Source of the DNA: Nocardioides sp.
Lineage (GTDB): Bacteria > Actinomycetota > Actinomycetes > Propionibacteriales > Nocardioidaceae
Assembly: GCA_035762385.1 (NCBI GenBank)
Contig: DASTPB010000099.1
Coordinates: 1 to 42,470 of the forward strand
Direction: 5' to 3'
Length of the DNA stretch: 42,470 nt
The notes beneath the pieces were generated by a model, which was given only the letters and a program-made list of their open reading frames with translations, was not told where the DNA came from and searched no databases. The translations under genes and the position numbers were made by a program. This document shows positions 27,126-35,369 of the stretch, in pieces. Numbering within the stretch: the stretch's first letter is position 1; each line of letters starts with the position of its first letter.

Positions 27126-28465
27126 CCACCGCGGCGCGCGCTCCGTCGCCTGCCATGCGTCGAGCGCTGTTCCGCTTCACCGCGTCAGCAGTCGCCGCGG
27201 TCATCGTCCTGGGTCTGCTGACGCTGCTGGTGGCGGACCAGATCGCCCGCCAACGGGCACTCGAGGACGCACGCCACCAGGTCTCGAACATGGCTGACCG
27301 CCTCGCCGCGCCGCTGATCACCCAGGGCATCCGCGCGGGACGTTCGGGAGCCTCCGACTCGCTCGACACGGTGATGGCCAACCGGATGCGCGACGGCAGC
27401 GTCCAGCGCGTCAAGGTGTGGGACGAGGACGGTCGCGTCATCTGGGCCGACGCCGACGAGCTGGTCGGCCGGGTCTTCGAGATGGACGACGACGTGGTGG
27501 CGCTCTTCGGCACCCACGACACCCACGCGGACGTCTCCGAGCTGGAGCGCGCGGAGAACGTCACCGAGCGTGCGCAGGAGGAGCTCCTCGAGGTCTATGC
27601 GGGAGCCGTCGCCGGTGACGGAAGACCGGTCGTCGTCGAGGCCTACCTGCCCACCCGCCAGATGCACAACGACGCGCGGGCCATGGTGAACACCTTCGTC
27701 CCCCTGGTGGTCGGCACGCTGCTGCTCTTCCTCCTGGTCGTGCTGCCGCTGGCGTACTCGCTGGCGCGCCGCGTCGACGCCGCCCAGGCCGAGCGGACCG
27801 CCCTGACCCAGCACGCGCTGCGCGCGGCCGACCTCGAACGGCGGCGCATCGCCCATGACCTCCACGACGGCGTCATCCAGGACCTGTCCGGCGTGGGCTA
27901 CCTGCTGCCCACGCTCCGCAAGGAGATCCACCCCGAGGGGGACCTCGGACGAGCGACAGCACTGCTCGACAAGGCCACCAGCGTGGTGCACGACGACGTG
28001 GCCTCACTGCGCGCCCTGATGGTCGACATCTATCCACCGAACCTCGCCGACGGCGGGCTGCGTGACGCGCTGTCGGACCTCGTCACCGTCGAGGCGGCCG
28101 CCGCCGGCCTGGCCGGGGACGTCGTCGTCGATCCGGCGCTCGACGTCCCTCCCGACACCGCCCGCCTCGTCTACCGGGTCGCCCGGGAGGCCGTGCGCAA
28201 CGTCGTCAAGCACGCACGTGCCACGACCGTGCGCCTCGAGGTCCACGCCGGCAGGCAGGGGGGCCGCGACACGGTGCGGGTCCTGGTGCGCGATGACGGT
28301 GTCGGGCCGGGGAGCGCCTTCGACCGACCCGCCGAGGGGCACATGGGGATCCGCCTGGCAGCCGACACCGTCGCGGACTTCGGCGGCGCGCTCGACGTCC
28401 GCGCGCACCCGGACGGTGGAACCGTCGTGGACGCCTGGGTCCCACGCGAGATCGTCCCCAGGTGA
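27122..28465 (+). CDS. Membrane sensor histidine kinase (HisKA_3)
   Basis: Two TMs around an extracellular domain, RIAHDLHDGVIQDL, EAVRNVVKHA, DDGVG, GHMG. Confidence 0.92.
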   Translation: MTTAARAPSPAMRRALFRFTASAVAAVIVLGLLTLLVADQIARQRALEDARHQVSNMADRLAAPLITQGIRAGRSGASDSLDTVMANRMRDGSVQRVKVWDEDGRVIWADADELVGRVFEMDDDVVALFGTHDTHADVSELERAENVTERAQEELLEVYAGAVAGDGRPVVVEAYLPTRQMHNDARAMVNTFVPLVVGTLLLFLLVVLPLAYSLARRVDAAQAERTALTQHALRAADLERRRIAHDLHDGVIQDLSGVGYLLPTLRKEIHPEGDLGRATALLDKATSVVHDDVASLRALMVDIYPPNLADGGLRDALSDLVTVEAAAAGLAGDVVVDPALDVPPDTARLVYRVAREAVRNVVKHARATTVRLEVHAGRQGGRDTVRVLVRDDGVGPGSAFDRPAEGHMGIRLAADTVADFGGALDVRAHPDGGTVVDAWVPREIVPR

Positions 28466-28467
28466 GC

Positions 28468-28499
28468 CCGAGATTTGTCCAAGGTCGTCCGTGGAGCAT
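28468..28499 (+). promoter_or_regulatory. Direct-repeat box 4 plus -10
   Basis: CCGAG-atttgt-CCAAG, 10 nt, GAGCAT. Confidence 0.55.
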
Positions 28500-28538
28500 C
28501 GACGCCGACCCGTCCCGACGAGCGAACAGGAGAGAGCC

Positions 28539-28949
28539 ATCAACACTCGCGTGCTCCTGGTGGACGACCACCAGCTGATGCGTCAGGTCCTGGAGATCGT
28601 CGTCGAGTCCGATCCCGACCTGAGCGTGGTGGGCACTGCCACGTGCGCGGAGTCGGCGTTCACCGTCGTGGACGAGACGGCTCCCGACGTCGTGCTGATG
28701 GACCTCGACATGACAGGCATGGACGGGATCTCCGCGACGCGTGCGCTGGCCGTACGACACCCCCTCGTCCGCGTCGTGATCCTCAGTGCGTCCTGCACCC
28801 GGGCACTGGTGACCGAAGCGCTCGCCGCCGGCGCATGGGGGTACTTCGTGAAGGAGGGCTCCCCGCACGAGCTGCTCCGCGGCATCCACGACGTGCACGG
28901 GGGACAACGTGCCCTGGCCCTCAGCGCCCAGGCGCTGGTGGGCACCTGA
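28539..28949 (+). CDS. Stand-alone receiver-domain response regulator
   Basis: RVLLVDDH, LMDLDM, ILS, FVK; stops with no output domain. Start is ATC 28539 (after an AGGAG RBS) or GTG 28551. Confidence 0.82.
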   Translation: MNTRVLLVDDHQLMRQVLEIVVESDPDLSVVGTATCAESAFTVVDETAPDVVLMDLDMTGMDGISATRALAVRHPLVRVVILSASCTRALVTEALAAGAWGYFVKEGSPHELLRGIHDVHGGQRALALSAQALVGT

Positions 28950-28968
28950 CGAGCGGGAGGAGCTCGAC

Positions 28969-29586
28969 GTGACCCACGACGCCTCAGGCGCCAGCGCGCC
29001 CCACCCGCGAGCACGCAGGCGTGCCGCGGCCGTAGTTGCTGCCCTCGTGCTCGGCGTGGGCTGGTCGCTGACGCTCACCCCGCCGGCCCACGCGCACACC
29101 GACCTGCTCGCCAGCAGCCCCGCCGCCGGCGACGTCGTGTCCACGAGCACCGACCGGCTCATCCTGTCGTTCGTGCAACCCGTCGAGCCGTCCTCCGGCG
29201 CGGTCACCGTCGTGGGACCGGACGGGCAGGACGCCACGGCCGGGGACGTGGACGTCCAGGGTGCGCTGGTCCAGGTGCCCCTCCACCTCCGCGAGAACGG
29301 GGCCCACACCGTGACCTACCGGGTCGTGGCGGCCGACGGGCACGTGGTCTCCGGGGGCCTCACCTTCCAGGCCGGCCCCGACACGGCGGGCGCGACCGAC
29401 GCCCGGTCGACCGTCACCAGCCCCGAGGCCGCCGCGTCGGCCGGCTCCCGGGACGTTCCGCGCACCTGGCTGTGGAGCGGAGCCGCAGCGATGCTGACGG
29501 CCGCGCTCGTGGCACTGCACAGCGCACGGCGTCGCCCCCGGGAGTCCGTCGCCGTGCGCACGGTCCCGGAGCCTCCACGGCGCTGA
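28969..29586 (+). CDS. copC: CopC copper-binding protein with C-terminal membrane anchor
   Basis: Signal ending AHA gives a mature N-terminal His (HTDLLASSP); YRVVAADGH motif; C-terminal TM plus RRRPR. Confidence 0.88.
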   Translation: MTHDASGASAPHPRARRRAAAVVAALVLGVGWSLTLTPPAHAHTDLLASSPAAGDVVSTSTDRLILSFVQPVEPSSGAVTVVGPDGQDATAGDVDVQGALVQVPLHLRENGAHTVTYRVVAADGHVVSGGLTFQAGPDTAGATDARSTVTSPEAAASAGSRDVPRTWLWSGAAAMLTAALVALHSARRRPRESVAVRTVPEPPRR

Positions 29587-29599
29587 CACGCCGGGACGA

Positions 29600-30280
29600 C
29601 TACCCGGCCGACCCGGCCGTGTCCTGGACGAGTCGTTCGGCCACGAGACGGAGCTTGAGGTTCTCGTGGCTGGACAGACGGGCCAGGAACCCGAACGCGC
29701 GAGCCTCGTCGACGCCGTAGCGCTCCATCACGATGCCGACGGCCTGGCCGATGAGCTGACGGGCCGCCACGGCCTCCTCCAGCTGGTCGATCTGGCGTGC
29801 GTAGTCGAGCGCCACGGCCGCCTGGTGGGCGAACAGCTGGGAGAGGACGGCCAAGTCCTCGAACGCGCCGACGGCGTCCGAGTAGAGGTTGAGAGCACCG
29901 CTGGAGGTCTTCGTGTCGAACAGCCGGATGCCGGCCTGTGCCCGGAATCCGGCGCGGAGCGCCACGGGTGCGTAGCGCGGGAACCGCTCGTCCGCGCGAA
30001 GGTTCGGGGACGTGATGTGGACCGTGTCGACGGCCGCCTCGTAGCAGGGGCCCTCCTGCAGCTCGTACTGCGCGGCGTCGACCTCACGGAGGACGTCGGC
30101 GGTCGGTGCGATCGTCTCGAGCCGACCGTCGGCGTGCCTGACCGTGATGCTGCTGGCCGTCACCCCGGGAAGGACCTCCACCGCCGCAGCCGTGATGTTC
30201 CTCAGCGTCGTGTCGAGGTCACCGGGCCGCAGTGCCGCCGCGAGTCGCTGGGAGGCATCGAGGATCCGCGCGTCGGTCAT
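29600..30280 (-). CDS. GAF and ANTAR domain protein
   Basis: QYELQEGPC, GALNLYS, RQLIGQAVGIVMERY...AFGFLARLSSHENLKLRLVA. Confidence 0.9.
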   Translation of the reverse strand: MTDARILDASQRLAAALRPGDLDTTLRNITAAAVEVLPGVTASSITVRHADGRLETIAPTADVLREVDAAQYELQEGPCYEAAVDTVHITSPNLRADERFPRYAPVALRAGFRAQAGIRLFDTKTSSGALNLYSDAVGAFEDLAVLSQLFAHQAAVALDYARQIDQLEEAVAARQLIGQAVGIVMERYGVDEARAFGFLARLSSHENLKLRLVAERLVQDTAGSAG

Positions 30281-30289
30281 CCCGCGACC

Positions 30290-32431
30290 CTAGTCCAACG
30301 GAGCGGGCGCGCTGTCCGCCGCTTCGTCAGGGTCGTAGCAGGCCAGCAGGAGGGCGAGGTCGTCGTCGAGAGCGTGGCCCGCCTCCCGCGTCAGCGACAG
30401 CAGGAGCTCGTCCAGGGCCGAGTCGAGGTCGGCGCGGCCCATCGCAGCGAGGAGTGGCGCCGGGTCGATGAAGGTGCCCTGGGGTGAGCGCGCCTCGATC
30501 AGACCATCCGTGAAGAGGAGCATCCGATCGCCCGCGGCCAACGTGCCGTGCGCAGGCACCGGGTCGACCCCCAGCCCCAGCGGCGGCTCGTGGTCCAGCT
30601 CCACCGGGGTGATCCGCCCTCCCGCGTCCAGCAGGACGGGAGCGGGGTGGCCGCACGACACGACGTCGAAGCTGCCGTCGTGCCGGATGTCGACCAGCAG
30701 GGCCGTCACGAAGTCCTCGCCGTCGGGCAGGTAGGGAAGGATCCGACGGTCGATCTCGCGTGCCACGAGAGCCACGTCGCCGGTCCCGGCCGCCGCGGCA
30801 CGGAACTCGCCCAGCACGACGGTCGCCGTGCGTACCGCCGTGAGTCCCTTGCCGCGGACGTCGCCCACGAGCAGGCGTACGGACTCGGGCCCTCGCACCA
30901 CCTCGTACAGGTCACCCCCGATCTGGGCCTCGGACGTGGCCGAGTGGTAGCGAGCCGACAGCGCAACCGGTCCGGTCCTCGCCGGCGGCGGTGCCAGGAT
31001 CGCGCGCTGGGCGGCCTCGGCCACCAACGTCACGCCTGCGAGTCGCTCCGACTGGTGCTCGAAGGTGGCCGCGATCTCGATGGCCACCGCCACCCGCTTC
31101 GACACGGCTTCGAGGAACTCGACGTCCTCCTCGCTGTAGCGCCGCCCGGACTCGGCATGGATCAACGTGAGCGCCCCGATGACGCCGTCCCGGCCGTTGA
31201 GCGGCACCACCATCGCGCTGGTCAGCCCGAGGCGTCGCAGGATCTCCAGGTGCTCGGGGCTGGCAGCGGCGGCCTCGATGAGGTCCGCCGGGATGAACGG
31301 GTAGAGCTCGCTCCGGCCCGACCTGACGACCTGGGCCGCCCCGGTCGCCGCGTCCATCCGGGTCGGAAAGGCATCGAGGAGCGAGCGAGCCCACTGCGTG
31401 GTCTGCGGGTCACGGTGCGTGACCGACACCGTCTCCAGCTGACCGTCGCGCAGCAGCTGGAGCGAGTACCAGTCGGCGAAGCGGGGCACCAGGATCCGCG
31501 CGCACTCGGCGACCGTCGTGTCCATGTCGAGGCTGCGGGACAAGCTCATCGAGACCTCGGCCAGCAGGACCGTCCGCTGGGTGGCAGCGTCGGATCGCTG
31601 CAGCTCGGCGGCACGCTCGACGGCGCTGGTCAGCGCACCCGCGAGGGAGCGCAGGAACCCGTCCTCGTGGGGGGTGAACAGCCCCGGGGGGAAGGTGATC
31701 GCCAGCAACCCGTGCCGACGGCCATCGCGCTGCAGCGGAAGCAGGTGCAGGCTGCGGTCGGTGCGGTAGTAGGTGGCGAGGGCCGGGAAGGCAGCCACGA
31801 TCTCCTCCAGCGACCGGAAGTGGATGTCCCGGCCTTCCCGGACGGCGACGGCGCCGGGCAGATCGCTGGAGAGCGGGATCTCCTGGTACTGGTCGGCACC
31901 CGCGCCGGTGCGGCCGTGCCAGGTCAGGGTCCGCAGCACGTCGTCGGCGTCGAGGGCCAGCACCATCGCCGAGGAGGCGCCCATCGTGCCCATCGCGTTG
32001 CCCAGGAACCCGTCGGCCACCTCCTTGACCGTGCGCGCCCCGGTGAGCTCGACCGCGAGGGAGTCGAGGACGCGCTGCGCCAGCGCGGTCGTGCTCTCCA
32101 GGCGCTGCTGCCGACGCCGGTTCACGTGCGCCGCCACCAGCGCCAGGCCACAGATGAGCGCACACGTGGCGAACCGGATCGCCCAGTCCCGTTCACCGAG
32201 GTTGTCGTTCCACAAGCCGGACGCCGCCGACATCACCAACGTCAGCGCGGAGACCACCGCCGTACGACGCTGGTCCGCGTAGATCGCGGTCAGGACCGCG
32301 GCACCGCCGTAGGCGCCGTTGATCTGACGCCCGAGCATCACGTCGACCGCCACCATGACCGCCAGCAGCAGCACGCCACTGAGCCACCAGGCGTTCTCAC
32401 CTGCCGTACGGCGTCGGGTTGCGACAGCCAC
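30290..32431 (-). CDS. Membrane GAF-GAF-PP2C (SpoIIE/RsbU-like) phosphatase
   Basis: N-terminal TMs, two GAF-like regions, IGGDLY, VGDVRGKG, CGHPAP, FTDGLIE, DDLALL. Start approximate. Confidence 0.88.
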   Translation of the reverse strand: MAVATRRRTAGENAWWLSGVLLLAVMVAVDVMLGRQINGAYGGAAVLTAIYADQRRTAVVSALTLVMSAASGLWNDNLGERDWAIRFATCALICGLALVAAHVNRRRQQRLESTTALAQRVLDSLAVELTGARTVKEVADGFLGNAMGTMGASSAMVLALDADDVLRTLTWHGRTGAGADQYQEIPLSSDLPGAVAVREGRDIHFRSLEEIVAAFPALATYYRTDRSLHLLPLQRDGRRHGLLAITFPPGLFTPHEDGFLRSLAGALTSAVERAAELQRSDAATQRTVLLAEVSMSLSRSLDMDTTVAECARILVPRFADWYSLQLLRDGQLETVSVTHRDPQTTQWARSLLDAFPTRMDAATGAAQVVRSGRSELYPFIPADLIEAAAASPEHLEILRRLGLTSAMVVPLNGRDGVIGALTLIHAESGRRYSEEDVEFLEAVSKRVAVAIEIAATFEHQSERLAGVTLVAEAAQRAILAPPPARTGPVALSARYHSATSEAQIGGDLYEVVRGPESVRLLVGDVRGKGLTAVRTATVVLGEFRAAAAGTGDVALVAREIDRRILPYLPDGEDFVTALLVDIRHDGSFDVVSCGHPAPVLLDAGGRITPVELDHEPPLGLGVDPVPAHGTLAAGDRMLLFTDGLIEARSPQGTFIDPAPLLAAMGRADLDSALDELLLSLTREAGHALDDDLALLLACYDPDEAADSAPAPLD

Positions 32432-32597
32432 GTGCCCTCGAATCTGTCGGCGCCCAACGGCGGACGATGCGCCGCGCCGCTCAGCAGCGCGGGTCGATGA
32501 TAGTTCGGGGACGAACCTCCGCGCTCCGGTTTCGTGGACGCGCCGACACGGGCGACTCCCTCGGGCGGGCCAGCACCGAGGCTGAGAGACTGCGTCG

Positions 32598-33383
32598 GTG
32601 TCGGAGGACAGGGCAGCAGAGATCGCCGCGAACCGGGAGCTCTGGGCGATCGTGAACGAGCGGTACACCGACGCCGCGGCCGAGGGCATGTGGCGCCGGG
32701 CCGACATGGGGTGGGGCCTGTTCGACGTGCCGGACGAGCAGCTCGGCGTCCTGGGCGACGTCCGGGGCCTGGACGTCCTGGACCTCGCCTGCGGCACCGG
32801 CTACGTCGCCGCCTGGCTCGCGCGCGCCGGTGCCCGACCGGTCGCGCTGGACTTCTCCGGTGACCAGCTCGGCACGGTGCGCCGGCTCCAGGCCGAGCTC
32901 GGTCCCGTCTTCCCCGTGGTCCAGGGCGACGCGGAGCGCGCCCCGCTGGCCAGCGGGCAGTTCGACCTCATCGTGAGCGAGCACGGCGCGGCTGCCTGGT
33001 GCGACCCGGAGCGCTGGCTGCCCGAGGCCGCCAGGATGTTGCGCCCCGGCGGCCGGTTGGCCTTCCTGACCAACAGCAACCTGTCGACGCTGTGCGTCCC
33101 GGCCGAGGGGGGCGTGGCGCAGGACCGGCTGCTCCGCGGCCAGCGCGAGGTCCACCGGATCCAGTGGCCGGGCGGCGGGTTCGAGTTCCATCCGTCGCAC
33201 GGTGAGTGGATCAGGGAGCTGCGCCGGTGCGGGTTCGTCGTGGAGGCGATGCACGAGCTCTACGCGCCGACCGGCGGGCACGACCACCCCTTCTACGAGA
33301 TCGTGTCCCCGGAATGGGCGTCGGCGTGGCCGGCCGAGGAGCTGTGGGTGGCGACACTCGGTTCCGACCATTGCCTGCCCTGA
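32598..33383 (+). CDS. Class I SAM-dependent methyltransferase
   Basis: VLDLACGTG, GDAERAP, FDLIVS, RMLRPGGRL. Confidence 0.9.
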   Translation: MSEDRAAEIAANRELWAIVNERYTDAAAEGMWRRADMGWGLFDVPDEQLGVLGDVRGLDVLDLACGTGYVAAWLARAGARPVALDFSGDQLGTVRRLQAELGPVFPVVQGDAERAPLASGQFDLIVSEHGAAAWCDPERWLPEAARMLRPGGRLAFLTNSNLSTLCVPAEGGVAQDRLLRGQREVHRIQWPGGGFEFHPSHGEWIRELRRCGFVVEAMHELYAPTGGHDHPFYEIVSPEWASAWPAEELWVATLGSDHCLP

Positions 33384-33405
33384 CGGGGCGCGGCATCCTG
33401 TGCTG

Positions 33406-33930
33406 GTGACCGACACGGCACCGCCGGCCGCCGTGCGGGTGGTCAAGCGCAAGTGGGACGGCACGGTGTCGACCATCGACACCGCGTCCCGGTTGGCGGT
33501 GGCGGACGGCCAGGTGGCGTGGCTCGTCCGCGCCGGGAGCAGCCGGTCGAAGCCTCGCTCCGGCACGGTCGAGGCCGTCGACGGCGACGAGCTCTGGCTC
33601 TCGGTCACGGGCGCGTGGTGGGTCCTGTGCGGCTACCCCGACACGCAGGGGTCCCTCACGACCTTCAAGGTGCACGCCGCGGCACCGTTCGAGACACCGG
33701 ATCCCGAGGAGATCCGATGGATCGACCTGGACCTGGACTTCGACATCACCAGCGGCGACGTCGCCCTGCGCGACGAGGCCGAGTTCCACGACAACGCCCG
33801 CACGATGGCGTACCCGGACGACGTCGTCAGGGGCGCCTGGGCCGGCATCTCGACGATGGCTGCGCGCTACACCACCCGCGACTGGCCGTTCGACGGGTCG
33901 CTCCAGGACTGGGTGGACGCCGGCGGGTAG
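33406..33930 (+). CDS. DUF402 domain protein
   Basis: KRKWDG, IDLDLDF, DEAEF...MAYP, WPFD. Start approximate. Confidence 0.72.
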   Translation: MTDTAPPAAVRVVKRKWDGTVSTIDTASRLAVADGQVAWLVRAGSSRSKPRSGTVEAVDGDELWLSVTGAWWVLCGYPDTQGSLTTFKVHAAAPFETPDPEEIRWIDLDLDFDITSGDVALRDEAEFHDNARTMAYPDDVVRGAWAGISTMAARYTTRDWPFDGSLQDWVDAGG

Positions 33931-33953
33931 CACGCTCCGGATGCTTCGGCGTG

Positions 33954-35369
33954 CTACTCCCGGGCGTCGCCCGGACCGACCGGCAGCTTCACCCGGATCA
34001 CCGTCCGACCCGGCTGCGACTCCACCTCGATCTCGCCCCCGTGCCGCTCGACGACGATCCGGCGGGAGATGTCGAGCCCGAGCCCCGTGCCCTTGCCGAC
34101 CTCCTTGGTCGTGAAGAAGGGCTCGAAGGCGTGGCCGACGATCTCCTCGGCCATGCCGTGGCCGGTGTCGCAGATCTCGACCACGACGTGGCGGGCGTCG
34201 GCGGACGTGCGGACGGTGAGCGTCCCCGCGCCCGCCATGGCGTCGTTGGCGTTGTCGATGAGGTTCGTCCAGACCTGGTTGAGCTCACCCGGGTTGGCGG
34301 TCACCGTCGGGACGGAGTCGTCGTAGTCGCGCACGACGGTGATGCCGCCGGCGCGGAGCTTGTGGCCGAGCATGATCAGGGTGCTCTCGAGGCCGTCGGC
34401 GACACGCACGTCCTGCACGGCGGCCCGATCGAGCTGGGAGTAGGACTTCACGGCTGAGACGAGGTCGGAGATGCGGCGGGTGGAGTCCTGCGCCTCGTTG
34501 ATGAGGGCGGTCGTGGTGACGGCCGAGGCCACCCACTCGAGGCCGGCCTGCAGTGCTGGACCGGGAAGGGCCGCGGCGGCCCTCGCGAGCCAGGAGGTCG
34601 AGACGCCCGCGGCGGCCAGCGCCGGCGCGATGGTCCACGAGCGGTCGACGTCGTTGTCCTCGAGCCAGCCGGTCAGCTCCTCCTCGAGGTCCGCCAGCGC
34701 GACGCCCGTCGGCGCGGCGGAGACGTCGATCGAGCGCCGGAGCTCGTCCAGGGTGGTGAACTGGGTCGCGTCGATGCCGGCCCCCGCCAGCCGTTGCAGC
34801 GAGGCGAAGACGTCGTCGCTCGACTGCTGGAGGGCACCGACCGAGCGGACGGCTGCGGACGCGGGGTTGTTGATCTCGTGCGCCAGCCCGGCGGCGAGCG
34901 TGCCGAGGGCGACAAGGGCCTCGCGCTCGCGCGCGTTGTGCTCGATCCGCCGGGCGGTGGCGATGAGGCCGCACAGCAGGTGCACCGCGAAGGGGAACCA
35001 CTCGCGACCGAACCGGGCGAGCTCGTCGGCGCTGAGCCGGAAGACGCGGCTCGCGTCCATCACGCGTGCCGACCCGAGGTAGACGCCGTTGTCGTCCCAG
35101 GCGCGGAACCCGCCCGCCCACTGGCCGGGGTCCTGGATGGTCACCATCACGACTTCCTCGTTGCCGACCCGGCGCACGACGTCGATCCGGCCCCCGAGCA
35201 TCACCCACCAGTGCTCCGCCGGGCGGCCCTCGTCGAACATCCGGTCGCCGGGCTCGTACGTCACCTCCTCGCCGGCAGCGGCCAGCTCCGCCACCTGCTC
35301 GTCGGTGAAGCCGTCCAGGATCGCGAGCGCGCGCAGCTCGTCCGCCAGCTCCGGGTGAGCAGCACTCAT
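33954..35369 (-). CDS. Cytoplasmic histidine kinase with N-terminal cyclic-nucleotide-binding domain
   Basis: FDEGRPA cNMP-like domain, GLAHEINNP, LNQVWTNLIDNA, DTGHG, FEPFFTTK..GKGTGLGL. Confidence 0.92.
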   Translation of the reverse strand: MSAAHPELADELRALAILDGFTDEQVAELAAAGEEVTYEPGDRMFDEGRPAEHWWVMLGGRIDVVRRVGNEEVVMVTIQDPGQWAGGFRAWDDNGVYLGSARVMDASRVFRLSADELARFGREWFPFAVHLLCGLIATARRIEHNAREREALVALGTLAAGLAHEINNPASAAVRSVGALQQSSDDVFASLQRLAGAGIDATQFTTLDELRRSIDVSAAPTGVALADLEEELTGWLEDNDVDRSWTIAPALAAAGVSTSWLARAAAALPGPALQAGLEWVASAVTTTALINEAQDSTRRISDLVSAVKSYSQLDRAAVQDVRVADGLESTLIMLGHKLRAGGITVVRDYDDSVPTVTANPGELNQVWTNLIDNANDAMAGAGTLTVRTSADARHVVVEICDTGHGMAEEIVGHAFEPFFTTKEVGKGTGLGLDISRRIVVERHGGEIEVESQPGRTVIRVKLPVGPGDARE

